Source: an archaeon
Lineage (GTDB): Archaea > EX4484-52 > B79-G9
DNA: 10,966 bases
Assembly (NCBI GenBank): GCA_043813875.1
Contig: JBDRKP010000048.1
Coordinates: 1 to 10,966 of the forward strand
Direction: 5' to 3'
In this document: positions 6,529 to 10,966 of the stretch, in pieces
Position numbering within the stretch: position 1 is the first letter of the stretch
Layout of the letters: the number at the start of each line of letters is the position of its first letter
The notes under the pieces: generated by a model
What the model saw: only the letters and a program-made list of their open reading frames with translations
What the model was told of the DNA's origin: nothing
The model's database searches: none
Made by a program: the position numbers and the translations under genes

Positions 6529-6921
6529 ATGGATCTTTTTCAGAGATTGCGGAACCTGTCTGTTGGTGAGACATCTTACAAGCACAGGAAGAAGGATAAT
6601 GTGCATCTTTTCGGCGGGGTTGCGGGTATTGTTTCTATCATATCGGGGATTGTCATGTATGTCATGGTATCGCCTCTTGCTGTGGCTGAGCATATCAAGG
6701 TGCTCGGGCTTGTGTGGGTTGTTTTCGGGCTGCTTGCTTTTTATGCGCTGTATGTCTTTGAGTACGTGGATCGGAGGAGAGGCGGCAGGATTCTTGCGGC
6801 TCTAGGGGTTATTGGTATGCTTGTTGGTGTCGGTTTTTTTCTCGGGGCTTTGATGATGGCGTTTTCAGGGATTCTTGCGATTAGATATTCTGTGCGCAGG
6901 ATTGGGCAGAAGATGTTTTAG
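6529..6921 (+). CDS. Hypothetical membrane protein (3-4 TM helices)
   Basis: ATG-started 130-aa ORF with hydrophobic segments and basic loops; G/T-rich wobble positions like neighbouring + genes. Confidence 0.7.
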   Translation: MDLFQRLRNLSVGETSYKHRKKDNVHLFGGVAGIVSIISGIVMYVMVSPLAVAEHIKVLGLVWVVFGLLAFYALYVFEYVDRRRGGRILAALGVIGMLVGVGFFLGALMMAFSGILAIRYSVRRIGQKMF

Positions 6922-6968
6922 GTGCTGTGTGAGATATCTATTTAGATTTGCGTACCTTTCTTGTTTGT

Positions 6969-7409
6969 ATGAGATGTGTCGTGTGCGGGGTCGGAAACAG
7001 GTTGCGCGGTGATGATGCTGTCGGGCCGATTGTGGTCGACAGGTTGCGGGAGAAGTATGTTGATAGGGAGGATATGCTTTTTCTTGACTGCGGGGGGGCG
7101 CCGGAGAATTTCCTTTCGAAGATATGTGATTTTCACGCGGAAAAGGTGATTATTGTTGATGCTGTGACTCTTTTAGGGAGGCCGGGTGCTGTCGAGATGC
7201 TTGATGTTGATAGGATCAGGGGGATCCTATATTCTACACATCAGTTGCCTTTGTCGCTCTTTATCGGGTATCTGCAGAAAAACAGGGGTTGTGATGTTGT
7301 TTTTGTCGGCGTGCAGCCGAAGGATACAGGATTCGGAGAGAAGCTGAGTGATGAGTGCAGGATTGCGATTGGTGAGGCGGTCGGGGTTGTTTTGAAGGCT
7401 ATTTTGTAG
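6969..7409 (+). CDS. hycI: Hydrogenase maturation endopeptidase (HycI type)
   Basis: GVGNRLRGDDAVG, GGAPENF, IIVDA, STHQLPL, GVQP motifs; ATG at 6969 preferred over TTG at 6948. Confidence 0.88.
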   Translation: MRCVVCGVGNRLRGDDAVGPIVVDRLREKYVDREDMLFLDCGGAPENFLSKICDFHAEKVIIVDAVTLLGRPGAVEMLDVDRIRGILYSTHQLPLSLFIGYLQKNRGCDVVFVGVQPKDTGFGEKLSDECRIAIGEAVGVVLKAIL

Positions 7410-7488
7410 AATCAGTCTTGTTATTAATGGCGTTAACTGTAATATCTGATAATATCAGTTATTAAATTTATTTTTGCATATTTTGTGC

Positions 7489-8700
7489 ATGGATGTATCA
7501 ACTGTTTTTTTCCTTGTGGGCAGCATAATATTCATCGGGTTTTTAGGTACTTTGTTTTTCCAGCGAACGAAGGTTCCTGATGTGCTTTTGCTTATGGTTC
7601 TTGGAATGTTCATCGGCCCTGTCTTTCATATTATCGAGCCGACATCGCTTGAGAGCCTGTCGACGTATTTTGCGGCGCTTGCGTTGATCATACTTCTTTT
7701 CGAGGGTGGGCTCGGGCTGAATATATTCAAGGTCATCAGGGAAATCCCGAAAGCGACTGGTTTTACTGTGCTGATTTTCCTGTTCACGATCCTGATTACG
7801 GGCGCCCTTATGTCTGTGTTTTTTCAATGGAGTGTCTATCAGGGGATTCTTCTCGGGGCGGTTATAGGCGGCTCCAGCTCTGCGATTGTCATCGGCATAT
7901 TGAATAAGATCAAGACTGCTGATAGCGTGAAGACTTTGCTCACTTTAGAGTCTACTCTTACGGATGTGCTGTGCATTGTCGTTTCGATATCTATGATCCA
8001 GGTCATCCTTTCGAGCTCATTAAATTTTGCTGTCATCGGGAACAGTCTGCTTGGGGCGTTTTCAATAGCTGCCGTGGTTGCTGTTGCTTTCGGGATGGTG
8101 TGGCTTCAGTTCCTTAAGAATTTCGGGGGGTTTGAGTACGGCTATCTTCTGACTCTTGCTGTCACATTCCTGTTGTATGCGTTTGTCGAATCGATAAAGG
8201 CAAATGGCGCTGTGGCGGCGCTTGTTTTCGGGCTTATGCTTGCCAATGCGAAGGATATAGCGCTCATGTTGCGCCTCAAGGGCGATTATACTGTCAATCG
8301 CGATATCATCCGGTTCCATAAGGAGATATCTTTTTTTGTCAGGACATTTTTCTTTGTCTTTATCGGGATTGCCATTGATATCAAATCGATATTGGACGTC
8401 ACGTTTGTCGTCATGGGAGTTTCCGTGGTCGTCGGTCTTGTTGGAGCGAGGCGTCTTGGAGTGTATATGTATGGCATGTTTTCTGAGAATGTGTCCAAGT
8501 TTTCGCCTGTTCTAAATGCAATGATGCCGCGGGGGCTTGCAGCGGCTGTTCTTGCCTCTATCCCGATGTCAAGCGGTATTGAAATAAGCGGGTTTGTGGA
8601 GATTGTATTTTTTGTGATCATCGCGACGAATCTCATCACTACAGTGTCGGTTTATCGCTCGCAGGCGAGTGTTCCTGAGAAGAGCGAAAAGAGCAAGTGA
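7489..8700 (+). CDS. nhaP: NhaP-type (CPA1) cation:proton antiporter
   Basis: About 12 TM helices; VPDVLLLM, ALIILLFEGGL, LESTLTDV, MMPRGLAAAVLA motifs; TATA-like TTATTAAA at 7459-7466 supports ATG 7489. Confidence 0.85.
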   Translation: MDVSTVFFLVGSIIFIGFLGTLFFQRTKVPDVLLLMVLGMFIGPVFHIIEPTSLESLSTYFAALALIILLFEGGLGLNIFKVIREIPKATGFTVLIFLFTILITGALMSVFFQWSVYQGILLGAVIGGSSSAIVIGILNKIKTADSVKTLLTLESTLTDVLCIVVSISMIQVILSSSLNFAVIGNSLLGAFSIAAVVAVAFGMVWLQFLKNFGGFEYGYLLTLAVTFLLYAFVESIKANGAVAALVFGLMLANAKDIALMLRLKGDYTVNRDIIRFHKEISFFVRTFFFVFIGIAIDIKSILDVTFVVMGVSVVVGLVGARRLGVYMYGMFSENVSKFSPVLNAMMPRGLAAAVLASIPMSSGIEISGFVEIVFFVIIATNLITTVSVYRSQASVPEKSEKSK

Positions 8701-8749
8701 TGATATATCTTTCTCTACCTTAAAAAGATGTGAATGTAATTAATGGATT

Positions 8750-9085
8750 ATGGATATCTTGTCTGGATTCGGCGGGCTGGGGCTTGGGTTTGTCGGCGCG
8801 GTCCTCATCATTCTGATTTCGGCGCTGCCGCTTTATTTTGCCGTGAAGCTTCTTGGCGGTGAGGCAACTATTTTCAAGGTCCTTATGGTGAATCTTATTG
8901 CCGCAATTGTCGGCGCTGTTTTCAAGCTGCCTTTGATTGGTTTTCTGTTGCTTTTGTTTATCTATAAAGAAGTGTTCAAACTCTCCTGGTTTGGTGCTTT
9001 TGCGGCATGGATTTTGCAGTTCGTGGTTGCGGCTGTGCTGGTCGCGGGGGCGGTTATTCTTGGTATCGGGCTTATCGCGCTTTAG
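8750..9085 (+). CDS. Hypothetical small membrane protein
   Basis: 111-aa, almost entirely hydrophobic ORF filling the gap between nhaP and the next gene. Confidence 0.72.
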   Translation: MDILSGFGGLGLGFVGAVLIILISALPLYFAVKLLGGEATIFKVLMVNLIAAIVGAVFKLPLIGFLLLLFIYKEVFKLSWFGAFAAWILQFVVAAVLVAGAVILGIGLIAL

Positions 9086-9152
9086 CTTTTGATGCCTGAA
9101 GAATGTGGATGTGCTTATTTCTTTTGGAGTTTTGCTGGAAGAAATGAGTTAA

Positions 9153-9713
9153 TTATTCGATGTGGTCCAGTTCGTCTTTTAAGCGCTCCAAGGTCTTGTG
9201 GAGGTTGGATACGTCGCTTGAGAGGCCGAGGTCTATTCCTTCGTCCGGGATATCGAGGCCGTCCGGGACGCTGAGCTTCTCTTCTACGTCTATTAGTTTT
9301 GTGTCGAGTTCGTTGAGATGGATTTCAAGTCTTTCAATGGCTTCTGCTTTCAGTTTTTCTGCTTTTCCCAGAAGCGATATGGTGTCTGCAATTGATTTGA
9401 TGTCGATTTTTGCGTCTGTCAACTCTTTTGCAACTTCCGTGTGCTCGTCAATCTTGACGAAGAGCTCTGTCTCTACCTGGGTTTTTTGTTTGTGGGCAGG
9501 CTCTTTTTTTTGCGGCTCCAGCGGCTCAATGATGTTGTTTAAAGGAGGCTTTTCTTTTGGAGCGTTGACTGGCGTGGGCATGATCTTTTCTGTGTCCTGT
9601 GGCGCATTTTTCGGTATGTTGCTGTTCTGGTAGTCAGTATTGCCTGTAGTTCCGAGCCCTACGACTCCTCTTAGTCTGTTTATGTCACTTTCGGTCAATC
9701 TTTCAGAAGGCAT
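9153..9713 (-). CDS. Hypothetical protein with a Pro/Lys-rich linker and C-terminal coiled coil
   Basis: 186-aa ORF; LFVKID followed by heptad-like acidic helices; A/C-rich wobble positions like the other minus-strand gene; TTTATAAA about 25 nt upstream. Confidence 0.75.
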   Translation of the reverse strand: MPSERLTESDINRLRGVVGLGTTGNTDYQNSNIPKNAPQDTEKIMPTPVNAPKEKPPLNNIIEPLEPQKKEPAHKQKTQVETELFVKIDEHTEVAKELTDAKIDIKSIADTISLLGKAEKLKAEAIERLEIHLNELDTKLIDVEEKLSVPDGLDIPDEGIDLGLSSDVSNLHKTLERLKDELDHIE

Positions 9714-9979
9714 TTTAAATTATTGGCGTTTAATGTTTATAAACGTTTGATATGAGTTTGTGGATATTTCTGGTTTATGGTTGGAATTGTTTCTTGGAAT
9801 ATGCATGAATATAGTAAAAGTCATAACTATTTAGACTACATGACTTTTCCATATAGTTAACGCCTCTTGGTTTATTGGTTATGTTTGTCCAGTTAGTAAC
9901 GGCGTGAACTATAATTAAAATGTGCGTTGTGGTCATGTTGTCCTATAAAAGGTTTTCGATGATATGAAAAAATCATGAG

Positions 9980-10097
9980 TGCCCTCACCGGGAATTTCGA
10001 ACATCCACAAAAAGCGAAAGCAAGAATTGTGTATTGTATTTCGAACCCGGGCCACAGCCTCCGCAGGGCCGTATCTTATCCACTAGACTATGAGGGC
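9980..10097 (-). tRNA. tRNA-Arg(GCG) with a 46-nt T-loop intron (9994-10039, position 59/60); CCA not encoded
   Basis: Minus strand: acceptor GCCCTCA/TGAGGGC, D stem GTCT/AGAT with A20, anticodon stem CGGCC/GGCTG with loop CT-GCG-GA, T stem CCGGG/CCCGG; BHB central helix TTCG/CGAA with bulges AA|A and AT|T. Confidence 0.93.
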
Positions 10098-10121
10098 ATG
10101 AATGGAACTGTATTGCGAAAG

Positions 10122-10130
10122 TTTATAAAA
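10122..10130 (-). promoter_or_regulatory. Putative TATA box of tRNA-Arg, within near-palindrome AAAGTTTATAAAACTTT
   Basis: TTTTATAAA on the minus strand, 25-33 nt upstream of the mature tRNA 5' end. Confidence 0.55.
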
Positions 10131-10234
10131 CTTTACAGGATATATTTAGTTGTTTCTGGACTTTTCTGGACTTTAAATAGTGAATTGTTTAATAATAAAT
10201 AATAATAAGCAATAATAAGCAAACGGTGAAAGAT

Positions 10235-10399
10235 ATGAATGAAATGTCATGTAATGGTTGCGGCGCCAGTATTACGCCGGGTGAGCATTCTGTAAAATTC
10301 AAGTGCCCTGGTTGCGGCGAAGATGTCGTCCGATGCAGCAAATGCAAGGTGACGTCGAATAAGTACACATGTTCTAAATGCGGTTTTGTAGGTCCGTAA
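10235..10399 (+). CDS. Archaeal double Zn-ribbon protein (COG2888/DUF1610), 54 aa, not in the ORF track
   Basis: MNEMSCNGCGASITPGEHSVKFKCPGCGEDVVRCSKCKVTSNKYTCSKCGFVGP: four CxxC pairs and a terminal CGFxGP; SD GGTGA at 10225-10229; typical position upstream of aEF-1beta. Confidence 0.92.
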   Translation: MNEMSCNGCGASITPGEHSVKFKCPGCGEDVVRCSKCKVTSNKYTCSKCGFVGP

Positions 10400-10421
10400 A
10401 ATATCTGAAAGGTGGATTGTC

Positions 10422-10685
10422 ATGGGAAGGAATGTGCTTGCGACTTTTAGGGTCATGCCTGAATCGGTGGATATAGATCTGAAAGGGATTGCATCGAAGA
10501 TAAGAGAACTTGATATCGGTGATATTAAAGATATAAAGGAAGAGCCGATTGCGTTCGGCCTTAAACAGCTCATCGTTCTTGTGCTGATACCTGATGAGGG
10601 CGGGCTGATCGAGAAGATCGAGGAGAAACTCCATACGATAGATGGTGTGGATGATGCAGAGAATACGGGCTGTACGCTTATTTAG
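10422..10685 (+). CDS. ef1b: Archaeal elongation factor 1-beta
   Basis: VMPESVDIDL, EEPIAFGLKQL, DEGG, IDGV motifs; 87 aa. Confidence 0.95.
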   Translation: MGRNVLATFRVMPESVDIDLKGIASKIRELDIGDIKDIKEEPIAFGLKQLIVLVLIPDEGGLIEKIEEKLHTIDGVDDAENTGCTLI

Positions 10686-10703
10686 TTCTTTTTTTGACTT
10701 TTT
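10686..10703 (+). terminator. Oligo-T archaeal terminator candidate
   Basis: TTCTTTTTTTGACTTTTT directly after the aEF-1beta stop. Confidence 0.4.
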
Positions 10704-10825
10704 GCTTGTTACTTGTTATTCTGTCTTTTGCATGCGTCTTTGATTTATTTTTATATTTCTGTATGTATACATTAGTGGTATGTATCTTGTCTTTTTTAGA
10801 TATTTTAGTTCGGGCCGGTGTGTTT

Positions 10826-10966
10826 ATGGGTGTCAAGATTTCTGATATTGTACCCCGGAGGGAGCTTTCGCTTTCGGAAATCAGGGGCAAGACGCTTGCT
10901 GTGGATGCGCTCAACACGTTGTATCAGTTCCTTTCGATCATCAGGCAGTATGACGGCACGCCGCTC
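10826..10966 (+). CDS. fen: Flap endonuclease 1, N-terminal part (runs off the window)
   Basis: MGVKISDIVPRRELSLSEIRGKTLAVDALNTLYQFLSIIRQYDGTPL matches the archaeal FEN1 N-terminus. Confidence 0.95.
   Translation, partial: MGVKISDIVPRRELSLSEIRGKTLAVDALNTLYQFLSIIRQYDGTPL

Noticed and set aside
9994..10045. Duplicated TTCGAA as attL/attR of an integrated element
   Set aside because: Fully explained by the BHB central helix of a 46-nt intron; no integrase
9975..10202. 75-aa plus-strand ORF
   Set aside because: Antisense to tRNA-Arg and its promoter
10191..10220. Tandem AATAATAA(AT/GC) x3
   Set aside because: Low-complexity intergenic microsatellite-like run with no evident function

Overview
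Archaeal chromosomal window, probably from a DPANN-like lineage (inference). Evidence for Archaea: aEF-1beta, FEN1, a COG2888 Zn-ribbon protein, a COG1709 HTH protein, BHB-type tRNA introns, TATA promoters and GGTGA Shine-Dalgarno sites. In order it holds: an AT-rich region with ORB-like motifs (possible replication origin); an HTH regulator; a TrxB-fold oxidoreductase lacking CxxC; a winged-helix-like ORF; a coupled preQ0 (7-deazaguanine) operon (RHH regulator missed by the ORF track, phosphoribosyltransferase, queD, queE, queC, folE2); a tRNA-Leu(CAA) split by three introns (21/22, 37/38, 59/60); a structured repeat element; a membrane protein; hycI; an NhaP-type antiporter; two hypotheticals; tRNA-Arg(GCG) with a 59/60 intron; Zn-ribbon; aEF-1beta; and the start of fen. 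Main observation: the anticodon intron of tRNA-Leu(CAA) carries box D and box C motifs plus a 9-nt guide complementary to its own anticodon loop. The D+5 rule points exactly at wobble C34, making it a candidate self-targeting, intron-encoded box C/D guide RNA.
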